A stretch of DNA of 64,000 nucleotides from Candidatus Latescibacterota bacterium (GTDB taxonomy: Bacteria > Latescibacterota > UBA2968 > UBA8231): contig OZ241867.1 of NCBI GenBank assembly GCA_965203175.1, positions 3,166,461 through 3,230,460 on the forward strand. The letters run 5' to 3'. The notes beneath the pieces were generated by a model, which was given only the letters and a program-made list of their open reading frames with translations, did no database searches and was not told where the DNA came from. The translations under genes were made by a program, and so were the position numbers. Below are positions 56,249 through 64,000 of the stretch, one piece after another (position 1 is the stretch's first letter; the number at the start of each line of letters is the position of its first letter).

Positions 56249-58648
56249 TCAGCCACCAGAGGAGGAGATGGTGATGCGGACGATGTCGGCCACGGCCGGA
56301 TAGGTGAACCCATCGTCCACTAAGCGCACCACGCCGCCTTCGTCTGCACCGGTGTTAGCACCGGCTTGGCGCGGTGCTTGATTCGCGCCCACGCCCGGCT
56401 CTTCGTTGACTTCCGTACCTGCATCCCACAGCCCAATCTGAGCGGTGATGTCGCCGCTTATCGGCTGGCGATCGTTGGTGAACAGGGCAATGCCGGTGTC
56501 ACCTGGTGCCAAGAATAGGTCGTTGGATTGCACGTACATGGTGGCGAAAGACAGCCGGTCGCCGGGACGGGCGACGAAGCTGAATTCATAGGCGTTGCCC
56601 GGCGTCAGCGGGCCGGGGCCGTCGGCTCCCACCGGTGTGACAAACACGCCGCTGTTTCTCGGTAGGTTCGTGGCTAGCTCGGCGGGATTGCCGTCTTCGG
56701 CGAGGGCTTCGAGTCCCGCACCGCGATCGGGCTGGCCGTCTGTAAAGAAAGGCTCTCCGCCGCGCTGGGCGACCCACGCACCGGGCGCGAGGAGGGTGCC
56801 GAGGTTTTCGATACGCACGGTGAATTGTGTTGGAGTGCGTACTTCAGCCGAGCCAGCAGCCAGATCGGGAGAGATGGTTATGGAAGAGATGGCCCGTTCA
56901 GGGATAGCGTCGCCGTCGGCATCGCTGTCACCATCGGCATCGCCGTCGGTACCGGTATCACCGTCACTCTCGGTATCGGCATCACCGTCGCCGTCCATGC
57001 CGACCGTGTTCGGGTAAAAGCCCGACCCAATGGCGAACTCCTGTCCCAATATACTGAGCGGAGCGGCGTAGCCGACCTCTGGCGAGCCGCCTTCTATGCT
57101 CGGATCATCCCACAGGTACTCGACAAAACCGCCACCATTGGCTGCCTGCGCGAGGAGCTCTTGGGTGACCTTGACCCCATTGAGGTCTTCGAAATCGATA
57201 AAGTTTTGGCCTTCGAGACTTGGATCAGCTCCGTGAAAGAGCATGTTGCCTTGCAGATCGGAGACGAACAGATAGGTCGAGCCGCTTTTCCACTCGCCTT
57301 CGGAGCGGAAGGTCTCAAAAGACGCCAAGATCTCTTCCGCAGTGAGTGCTTCCAACATCTCCTTGGCTCGCAAGACAAATTCCTCTAACGTCTCCCGACC
57401 GACGACGGCTGCTGCTGTTATGGTGCGGTCCATGTCGCCGTCGCCGCCCATGTCTCCTGTCTCAGCCGCTGCGATAATATCACCGATGTCGTAAGGTACC
57501 CCAACGATAACGGTGCCGCTCAAGGATGGCTCATCTCCAGACACATCGACCACAAGGTCTAGCAATACCGTAGCGTCAGACGCACCGGAAGTGGCTATCT
57601 CGCCCGTTATGGGAATGTGCGGGAGCTGATCTTCGCCCACGTTCAGGGTGCCGTTGAGCACCAGCAGTCCGTCGGACGAGTAATCCGTTAGCATCCACTC
57701 GTTGCCCGCGATGGCCAACGTGCCACCGCCGGCTCCGTTAATCGTCACCTCATCTGAGGTCAGCGCGATCAACAGGACGTTCTGAAGATAGCTTATCAGC
57801 GCATTGGTCAGGGATAGGATATCGGGCGTTATCGCAATATCGAGCCCGGTTTGGCCGTCGCCCGCGTCGCCATCCATGTCGCTGTCGTCCATAATACCGA
57901 TGTATAAACCGCCTCTGGAGGTGACGGTGACGCGGACGATATCGGCCACGGCCGGATAGGTGAAGCCATCATCGACTAAGCGCACTACACCGCCTTCGTC
58001 CGCACCGGTGTTGGCAGCCGCTTGACGCGGCGCTTGATTGGTGCCCACGCCCGGCTCCTCGTTGACTTCCGTACCTGCATCCCACAGCCCAATCTGATCG
58101 GTAATGTCGCCGCTTATGGGTAGGCCATCGTCGGCGAACAGGGCAATGCCGGTATCGCCGGGTGACAACAACAGGTCGTTGGATTGCACGTACATGGTGG
58201 CGAAAGACAGCCGATCGCCGGGACGAGCGACAAAGGTGAATTCATAGGCGTTGCCCGGCGTCAGTGGTCCGGGGCTATCAGCTCCTACTGGCGTGTTGAA
58301 AATCCCGCTGTTGGGATAGAGGCTCGCGGCTAGTTCAGCGGGATTGCCGTCTTCGGCGAGTGCTTCGAGGCCCGCGCCGCGATCGGGCTGGCCGTTGGTA
58401 AAGAAAGGCTCTCCGCCGCGCTGGGCGACCCATGCACCGGGCGCGAGGAGGGTGCCGAGGTTTTCGATCCGCACGGTGAATTGTGCGGCCACGCGCGGCT
58501 CAAGCAATCCGGCAATCGGATTGGAAGAGTCCGTCGCCTTACCTGCCTTATATGCAGCAGATGGGTCGGCGGTGGATGAAAGGGGATCTCGGTCTGCACA
58601 GGCGGCGAACAAGACGGCCCCAATGCAGGCAGCGTAAAGTAGTTTCAT
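56249..58648 (-). CDS. Secreted lipoprotein: spondin_N-like domain, unknown beta-rich region, single-Cache-like domain, Asp-rich linker, second spondin_N-like domain
   Basis: 799 aa. Lipobox LFAAC. Two ~195-aa copies of FTVRIENLGTLLAPGAWVAQRGGEPFF...MYVQSND...WDAGTEVNEEPG. The central segment GSTYLFVSDLQGNMLFHGADPSLEGQNFIDFEDLNG...GGFVEYLW...GYAAP is Cache-like. DGDGDADTESDGDTGTDGDADGDSDADGD linker present. Confidence 0.55.
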   Translation of the reverse strand: MKLLYAACIGAVLFAACADRDPLSSTADPSAAYKAGKATDSSNPIAGLLEPRVAAQFTVRIENLGTLLAPGAWVAQRGGEPFFTNGQPDRGAGLEALAEDGNPAELAASLYPNSGIFNTPVGADSPGPLTPGNAYEFTFVARPGDRLSFATMYVQSNDLLLSPGDTGIALFADDGLPISGDITDQIGLWDAGTEVNEEPGVGTNQAPRQAAANTGADEGGVVRLVDDGFTYPAVADIVRVTVTSRGGLYIGIMDDSDMDGDAGDGQTGLDIAITPDILSLTNALISYLQNVLLIALTSDEVTINGAGGGTLAIAGNEWMLTDYSSDGLLVLNGTLNVGEDQLPHIPITGEIATSGASDATVLLDLVVDVSGDEPSLSGTVIVGVPYDIGDIIAAAETGDMGGDGDMDRTITAAAVVGRETLEEFVLRAKEMLEALTAEEILASFETFRSEGEWKSGSTYLFVSDLQGNMLFHGADPSLEGQNFIDFEDLNGVKVTQELLAQAANGGGFVEYLWDDPSIEGGSPEVGYAAPLSILGQEFAIGSGFYPNTVGMDGDGDADTESDGDTGTDGDADGDSDADGDAIPERAISSITISPDLAAGSAEVRTPTQFTVRIENLGTLLAPGAWVAQRGGEPFFTDGQPDRGAGLEALAEDGNPAELATNLPRNSGVFVTPVGADGPGPLTPGNAYEFSFVARPGDRLSFATMYVQSNDLFLAPGDTGIALFTNDRQPISGDITAQIGLWDAGTEVNEEPGVGANQAPRQAGANTGADEGGVVRLVDDGFTYPAVADIVRITISSSGG
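56252..56836. repeat. 585-nt direct repeat, copy encoding the C-terminal spondin-like domain
   Basis: Aligns with 57908..58492 at a constant offset of 1656 nt. About 89% nt identity by eye. Confidence 0.88.
57908..58492. repeat. 585-nt direct repeat, copy encoding the N-terminal spondin-like domain
   Basis: See 56252..56836. Confidence 0.88.
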
Positions 58649-58734
58649 GGAAAATTCTCCTCGAAAAGGATTTGTGGATTCCTATCCGTAAAGACTCACA
58701 TAGAGGCTACATAGTTTCAAGAAACGCTGTGTCC

Positions 58735-59871
58735 TTAAACCTGCGTCCACGCACCGCTGTTCTTGGAGGATTCTACTGCGGCCGCGACGAATTTCATGCC
58801 TGCGACGCCCTCTTTCACGCCTGGATGCGGAAAGGCTGCGGGCACGTCCCGTTCGCCACGGCTCGTGCGGATGAGCCGCTCGATGGTAGTGTGGAGGTTG
58901 GCGAGGGCTGGGAAGAAGTCTTCGTGATGCCCCGAGGGCACCCGCAAGTACGAGGAGACCGACGCGGGCAGGTCGAATTCAGCGCCAGTCCAGTAGGTAA
59001 TGTCGCGGCCATCGCCGTGGCGCACTAGCAGGCATTCGGCCCGCTCCTGATGCCATTCGATAGAGCCTGTGGTACCAAAGACGCGGAAGCCGTTGTCATT
59101 GCGGTAGCCAACCGCGATCTGCGTGGCCGTGATCAGCGCGGTGCCGCCGTTTTCCAGCTCGCCGATCACGTTGAAGTCGTCGTCGAGCACGCGGCCTTCG
59201 ACAAAGGTGTTGAGCCGTGCCGAGACTCGCTCGACAGCCAGCCCGGTCACCCAAGTCGCGGAGATAAAGGCGTGCGTGCCAATGTCGCCGCCGCAATTGG
59301 AAATGCCAGTGCGCTCGGGATCGGTGCGCCAAGACGCCTGCTGCTGGCCGGTCTGTTCCAGTGCCGTGGCCAGCCAGCCCTGATGGTACCAGGAATCTAC
59401 CTTGCGGACTTGGCCTATTTCGCCGCTTTGGATCATTTCCTTGGCCAGCATCATCATGGGATGGCCCGTATAGGTATGGGCCAGCACAAAGGGCACCTGC
59501 TGGCGCTCGATGATTTGTGCCAAGTCTTCGGCTTCGGCCACTGTCATGGTGATGGGCTTTTCGCAGAGCACCGGGATGCCGGCCTGCAAGAAGGCTTTGG
59601 CCGGCTCGTAGTGGGCGAAGTTGGGGGTAACGATGGTGACGTAATCGAGGGCTTGCTCGCCGCTTTGCACCGCCTCTAACAGGGCCTGATAGGTAGGATA
59701 ACCTTGGATGCCGTAGTCGTCGGCAGCGCGCAGTGCCGCCTCTGGGTTGGAGCGCAGCGCGCCGGCGACCAATTCGCGGCTGGCGTCGAGTGCGATGGCG
59801 CGGTTGTGGACCATGCCGAAAAAGGAATCGGGGCCGCCGCCGCCGATCATGCCTACTTTGAGTTTGCTCAT
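58735..59871 (-). CDS. Gfo/Idh/MocA-family oxidoreductase (second copy in the window)
   Basis: 378 aa. N-terminus MSKLKVGMIGGGGPDSFFG and the CEKP motif. Confidence 0.8.
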   Translation of the reverse strand: MSKLKVGMIGGGGPDSFFGMVHNRAIALDASRELVAGALRSNPEAALRAADDYGIQGYPTYQALLEAVQSGEQALDYVTIVTPNFAHYEPAKAFLQAGIPVLCEKPITMTVAEAEDLAQIIERQQVPFVLAHTYTGHPMMMLAKEMIQSGEIGQVRKVDSWYHQGWLATALEQTGQQQASWRTDPERTGISNCGGDIGTHAFISATWVTGLAVERVSARLNTFVEGRVLDDDFNVIGELENGGTALITATQIAVGYRNDNGFRVFGTTGSIEWHQERAECLLVRHGDGRDITYWTGAEFDLPASVSSYLRVPSGHHEDFFPALANLHTTIERLIRTSRGERDVPAAFPHPGVKEGVAGMKFVAAAVESSKNSGAWTQV

Positions 59872-59956
59872 GGAATTTCCTCCCCAAAATGTATTGTTGA
59901 AGTACTCTCTTCTAAGTACGCATGGGGGCCTAAAACTGTCAAACGATTTGGCCTCC

Positions 59957-60727
59957 TCACGGCACTTGTGGTAGCCCCTGTTGTAGGTCTTCGACGGCTA
60001 GCCCGCTATTGAAGGCATAGCGTTTGTAAACCAACACCAGCGCTATATCAGCTTGGCGTAGTTCCACTCGGCGCGGTAGGTACAGCGCGTCTATCTGACG
60101 GTATTCTCTTAGCTCGCGGAGCAGGACATCGCCCTCGGGCAGCGGGATGCTCTCGCGCAACACCAAGCCCCGGCGCAGGTCTAGCCATGCCCGCCGCCCG
60201 CCTGTGAGCGCGACCACCGCTTGGCCTGCACCCGGATACTCGACCGGCTCGACTATGGAACCCGGTTCGACGAGGCCGAGCAAGGCATAGCGCAAGTCGC
60301 ACGCCCCGAAATCCAACCCGGTCAGCGTGGTTAGCAGTCGGCCGCGCATCGCCCCTTTTACGGGCCGCTCCATGCCCCGGCTGTACACGGTCAGGCTGTC
60401 GCCTTCGAGTAGGGCCGTAAAGATGTGCGTGAAAAAGGGCCCGCGCACCTCGACGCGGAAGAGATCTGGATTGATTAGCTGCACGAGGGCCGTCCCCCGA
60501 TCGCGCAGTTCGCCGCGCCGCAGTTCAATGGCCGCTTCTGCCGTCAGGTCCGCGAACTGGGCGAGCGATGTCGAAGCAGCGAGCAAGGCAGCCGGTCCTT
60601 GGTCTGCATCCCAGCCTTCCCGCACCACCAGCGGCGGAGCGCAAGCTAGGGCTAGGGTGCAGAGCGCGAACCACTTAGAAACTGTATGGAAATTTCGGGT
60701 GTGCCCCGAATGCGGGGTATGCATCAT
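59957..60727 (-). CDS. DUF4292/LolB-like outer-membrane lipoprotein
   Basis: Lipobox LALAC. Segment AEAAIELRRGELRDRGTALVQLINPDLFRVEVRGPFFTHIF is reminiscent of DUF4292. ATGA overlap with the stop of the upstream TPR gene. Internal ATG 60727 chosen. Confidence 0.5.
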   Translation of the reverse strand: MMHTPHSGHTRNFHTVSKWFALCTLALACAPPLVVREGWDADQGPAALLAASTSLAQFADLTAEAAIELRRGELRDRGTALVQLINPDLFRVEVRGPFFTHIFTALLEGDSLTVYSRGMERPVKGAMRGRLLTTLTGLDFGACDLRYALLGLVEPGSIVEPVEYPGAGQAVVALTGGRRAWLDLRRGLVLRESIPLPEGDVLLRELREYRQIDALYLPRRVELRQADIALVLVYKRYAFNSGLAVEDLQQGLPQVP

Positions 60728-62601
60728 GGCAGCAGCTTGCGCTGAACCTCTTCGTTGTCTGGCTCGAGTTCTAGCACCTTTTGCCAATGTGTGCGCGCTT
60801 CGTCCGTTTTACCGAGGGAGCTGGCAATGTCGCCGGCGTGGTCGAAGATCACGGCCTGCTCCTCGGGATCGACCTCGTCTATATGCTCTAGGGATTGTTG
60901 CAAGTAGTGCTCGGCCTGCGCTAGCTCGCCGAGGCGGAAATAGGCCCAGCCAATGCTGTCGAGGAACGCGCTGTTGTCCGGTTCGAGCGCGATCGCCTTC
61001 TCCAAGAGCGCGACCGCCTCTGTTAGTCGGATGCCCTTATCTGCGTACATGTAGCCGAGGTAGTTGAGTGCGTACGCATCGTTTGGCTCGGTCTCCAACA
61101 GGCGTTGGAAGGTTTCCACTGCGCGGTCGAAGTACTCGTCGCGGTCAAGTTTGCGCGACGCCTGCTCGTAGCAGGAGCCAAGGTAAAAGAGCACGCGGCT
61201 CTTGTCGTTGGCGAGCTCAACGGCCTGATTCAGCTTTTCAAGCGCCGCTTCCCAGCGCTCTAGTTCCTCCAAGGCGATGCCCCAGTACAAAAAGGTCGGG
61301 CTGTACGCGGAGTCGAGCGAGGCCGCTATTTTGTATTGGGCCAGCGCGTCTTCCCATTGCCCCTGTCGCCCTAGGCTGATGCCCCACCGCACGTGCAGCA
61401 CGGCTTCGCCCGGGGATACGGCGAGTGCTTGGCGATAGATGTCAATGGCCTCTGCCCAAGCGTCTTGTTGCTCTAGCGCGAGTCCCCAGTACAGATATAT
61501 CTCAACGGCGTCGGGCGAGTACTGAAGGCCGCGCTGGTACACGGCTATGGCCTCGTCGTAGCGCCCGGTACTCTCTAGGGCCGTCCCCCAGTACAGGTAA
61601 ATCTCGCTGCTGTCGGGCATGACTTCTGCCGCTTGGCTGAGAACGTCGGTGGCCTCGTCGTACTCCTCCAAGTAGATGTAGTATCGCGCTAGGTCGGTCC
61701 ACTGCTCGACCGTTTGGGGCTGCATCTCGACGATGCGCTTAAAGACCAACGTCGCTTGGTCGTACTTGCCGGCCTCGGACAGAGCCGTTCCCAAGTGGTA
61801 GAGCACCTCGGCACCCTCTTCGGCGAGGATTTCCTCTAGGTCGTGCTCGGTGACCATTAGCCGCGCCAAGTGGTAGGGGACGCTGCTGTCGGGCAGATAG
61901 CCCGCGGCCTCTCGATAGATGGCAATGGCCTCGTGGCGGTGCCCCTGCGCCAACTTGAGTTCGGCTAAACCCAGCCAGGCGTCCTCGACCGTAGGATCGG
62001 TAGCGAGGATCCGGTGGTAGATGCGCTCGGCCTCTTTTTGGTGGTCAATGCGAGAAAAAATGCCGGCTATGTCTACCTCGACTGCCACTGGCACTTGCTC
62101 TTGGGCGAGGACCTCGTTGAAGAGCGGGGCAATCCGTTCGGTTTGGCCCATTTCAAAGTAGATATAGGCTAAGTGGCGATAGAGCGGCCAATTGTCTGGT
62201 TCGTAATGCAGCAGCTCTTTGATGTGGTTGATGGCACTCTCGTAGTCGCCTTCGCTCTCCAAAATCCGAATCAACAGGCGGAGCAACCTCACTTGGCTGC
62301 CGTCCAATGCCAAGCCCTTGCGCGCAAAGTGGGCGGCCATGTGGGCGTCATCGATGCGCTGATAGTTGTAAGCGAGGCGGGCGTAGATGGTGGGTGAAGT
62401 TGGATCGAGGTCGGCCGCGTTGCGCAGGGCGACTATCGCGCCGAGGTAGTTGTGTTGGGCTTCAAAGACCTTGGCCTTGATGAAGTATTGCATGGCTTGG
62501 TCGGGACCCGTCGGCTCTGCGGGCGCGCTGTAGCTCCGCAGACCCGCACAGCCGCCCGCTGCCAGCGCGAGAGCGCAGAACAGGGGGAGGGTATTTTTCA
62601 T
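60724..62601 (-). CDS. Tetratricopeptide-repeat lipoprotein
   Basis: About 625 aa from ATG 62601 (MKNTLPLFCALALAAGGCAG). At least 12 TPR-like 34-aa units, with recurring W..LG..Y...G.Y.EAI..Y..AL...P. Confidence 0.75.
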   Translation of the reverse strand: MKNTLPLFCALALAAGGCAGLRSYSAPAEPTGPDQAMQYFIKAKVFEAQHNYLGAIVALRNAADLDPTSPTIYARLAYNYQRIDDAHMAAHFARKGLALDGSQVRLLRLLIRILESEGDYESAINHIKELLHYEPDNWPLYRHLAYIYFEMGQTERIAPLFNEVLAQEQVPVAVEVDIAGIFSRIDHQKEAERIYHRILATDPTVEDAWLGLAELKLAQGHRHEAIAIYREAAGYLPDSSVPYHLARLMVTEHDLEEILAEEGAEVLYHLGTALSEAGKYDQATLVFKRIVEMQPQTVEQWTDLARYYIYLEEYDEATDVLSQAAEVMPDSSEIYLYWGTALESTGRYDEAIAVYQRGLQYSPDAVEIYLYWGLALEQQDAWAEAIDIYRQALAVSPGEAVLHVRWGISLGRQGQWEDALAQYKIAASLDSAYSPTFLYWGIALEELERWEAALEKLNQAVELANDKSRVLFYLGSCYEQASRKLDRDEYFDRAVETFQRLLETEPNDAYALNYLGYMYADKGIRLTEAVALLEKAIALEPDNSAFLDSIGWAYFRLGELAQAEHYLQQSLEHIDEVDPEEQAVIFDHAGDIASSLGKTDEARTHWQKVLELEPDNEEVQRKLLP

Positions 62602-62617
62602 AATTGTCAACTCCCCA

Positions 62618-63466
62618 TCAGGTGATTTTTGGATCCAAGGCGTCTCTGAGCCCGTCGCCAAAGAGATTGAGCGCCAAGACGACCACGAAGATGGCCAGCC
62701 CGGGAAAGGCCATGACCCAAGGCGCTTGCAGGAGCAGTTCGCGTCCCCCGGATAGCATGGCTCCCCACTCGGGGGTCGGCGGCTGGGCCCCCAAGCCCAA
62801 AAAGCTCAACCCGGCCGCGTCGAGGATGGCCGTGCCCAAGCTGAGCGTGGCTTGCACGATGAGCGGAACCGTGCAGTTGGGCAGGATGCTGTAGAACAGC
62901 AGCCGCGATTCGCTCGCCCCCAGCGCGCGCGCGGCCTCGACGTACGTGGCCTCGCGCACGGTCAACACGGACGAGCGCATGAGGCGGGCAAATTGTGGCA
63001 CCAAAACGATGCTGACGGCGAGAATGGCATTGTCGATGCCCGGCCCGATGACGGCGACGATGGCAATGGCCAAGAGGATGCTGGGGAAGGCCAGCATCAG
63101 ATCCATCAGCCGCATGATGAGCATGTCGGTAATCCCACCGCGATACCCGGCCACGAGGCCGAGTAAGGTGCCGGTGGAAGCGGCCAGCGCGATGGCGACC
63201 AATCCGATCCGCAGCGAGATGCGGGCGCCGTACACGATGCGGCTGAAGATGTCGCGGCCAAAGTCGTCCGTTCCCAGCCAATGGCTCGTCGATGGCGGCT
63301 GCAAGCGCGCATAGAGGTTTTGCGCCAGTGGATCGTATGGTGCCAGCAGCGGTGCCAGCAGCGCGACTAGAACCGCACTCGCCAAGACCCCGCCGCCGAT
63401 CAGCGCGAGGCGCTGTTTGCCGAGCCGCCGCAGTTCACTGGTGACGTGTGAAAGTATCTCAAGCAT
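62618..63466 (-). CDS. ABC transporter permease (DppC/OppC type)
   Basis: 282 aa. N-terminal segment LALIGGGVLASAVLVALLAPLLAPYDP, then HWLGTDDFGRDIFSR and an EAA-loop ATYVEAARALGAS. Confidence 0.88.
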   Translation of the reverse strand: MLEILSHVTSELRRLGKQRLALIGGGVLASAVLVALLAPLLAPYDPLAQNLYARLQPPSTSHWLGTDDFGRDIFSRIVYGARISLRIGLVAIALAASTGTLLGLVAGYRGGITDMLIMRLMDLMLAFPSILLAIAIVAVIGPGIDNAILAVSIVLVPQFARLMRSSVLTVREATYVEAARALGASESRLLFYSILPNCTVPLIVQATLSLGTAILDAAGLSFLGLGAQPPTPEWGAMLSGGRELLLQAPWVMAFPGLAIFVVVLALNLFGDGLRDALDPKIT

Positions 63467-63483
63467 GACAAATTAGCATCGCG

Positions 63484-64000
63484 CTACTTCAGCTCTAGAA
63501 CTAACACGCCCAGTGGCGGCAGGCGCAACCGCGCCGAGTGCGGCCGGCCGTGGCAGGCGACTTGCTCGGTATGCACCCAACCTCCGTGGCCCACGCCACT
63601 GCCGCCGTAGATTTCGGCATCGCTGTTGAGCAGCTCGCGGTACGGTCCGGCGGCTGGCAGCCCGAGCCGGTAGTCCGCTCGGGGGACGGGGGTAAAATTG
63701 CACGCGAAGATCAGGGGTTTTTCGCCCTCGGCGCGGCGCGCAAAAGCCGCGATGCTGTGCGCAGGGTCCGAGCAGTCGATCCACTCAAAGCCATCGGGAT
63801 ATGCATCGGTGCGATGCAGGGCCGCGCAGCGACGATAGAGCTGGTTGAGATCGCAGAGCCAGCGATAGACGCCGCGGTGACTCTCGTCGTCGAGCAGGTG
63901 CCAGTGCAACTCGCCTTGGTGATCCCACTCTTCCCATTGCGCCAGTTCGGATCCCATAAACAGTAGCTTCTTGCCCGGGTGTCCGTACATAAAGCCGTAG
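63484..64000 (-). CDS. glgB: 1,4-alpha-glucan branching enzyme, 3' part only (continues beyond the window)
   Basis: Contains (YGF)MYGHPGKKLLFMGSELAQWEEW.H...L.W.LL and FACNFTPVPR...YRLG.P; ends in LPPLGVLVLELK. The frame stays open to nt 64000. Confidence 0.85.
   Translation of the reverse strand, partial: YGFMYGHPGKKLLFMGSELAQWEEWDHQGELHWHLLDDESHRGVYRWLCDLNQLYRRCAALHRTDAYPDGFEWIDCSDPAHSIAAFARRAEGEKPLIFACNFTPVPRADYRLGLPAAGPYRELLNSDAEIYGGSGVGHGGWVHTEQVACHGRPHSARLRLPPLGVLVLELK

Noticed and set aside
56880-57000. Short periodic DNA repeats (gtcgccgtcggcatc-type) that could look like a mini repeat array
   Set aside because: They lie inside the spondin/Cache ORF and encode the DGDxD Asp-rich linker. 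There is no unique-spacer structure, so this is not a CRISPR array.
56252-58492. The spondin-domain repeats as a diversity-generating retroelement TR/VR pair
   Set aside because: No reverse transcriptase gene is nearby. The differences between copies are not restricted to adenine positions, and both copies are coding.

Overview
High-GC (roughly 60%+ by eye) bacterial chromosomal segment, densely coded on both strands, from an apparently diderm organism: a TolC-like channel, a LolB/DUF4292-like lipoprotein and many lipobox signal peptides are present. I found about 50 protein genes, one tRNA-Gly(GCC), and no rRNA, CRISPR array, transposase, integrase or phage genes. Most of the window is housekeeping. 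There is a 10-gene branched-chain amino acid super-operon (ilvC-leuA-leuCD-leuB-cimA plus argJ, an aminotransferase and accA), as well as queC/queF, rlmN, a class A PBP, a UvrA-family ATPase, larC, a peptide-type ABC importer and the 3' end of glgB. The parts worth a second look are listed here. (1) A tightly coupled operon of a TolC-like channel, two MlaC-like proteins (one fused to a DUF3047-like domain), an HpnN-type RND pump and an FAD oxidoreductase, with no periplasmic adaptor gene. (2) A vapBC cassette flanked by 41-nt direct repeats that duplicate the 3' end of the neighbouring gene; it sits between queC and queF. (3) A Leu/Ile-rich candidate attenuation leader upstream of ilvC, plus two small ORFs inside the leu operon. 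(4) A protein of more than 1430 aa fusing a probably inactive M28-like domain to an FtsX-type permease; it carries a 47-codon tandem duplication with 12 synonymous and 3 non-synonymous differences. (5) Two translationally coupled OPT-like membrane proteins in a peptidase-rich neighbourhood. (6) A secreted spondin-Cache-spondin protein containing two ~89% identical 585-nt repeats. (7) Split, oppositely oriented ABC permease genes. All family assignments come from reading motifs by eye; no database search was run.
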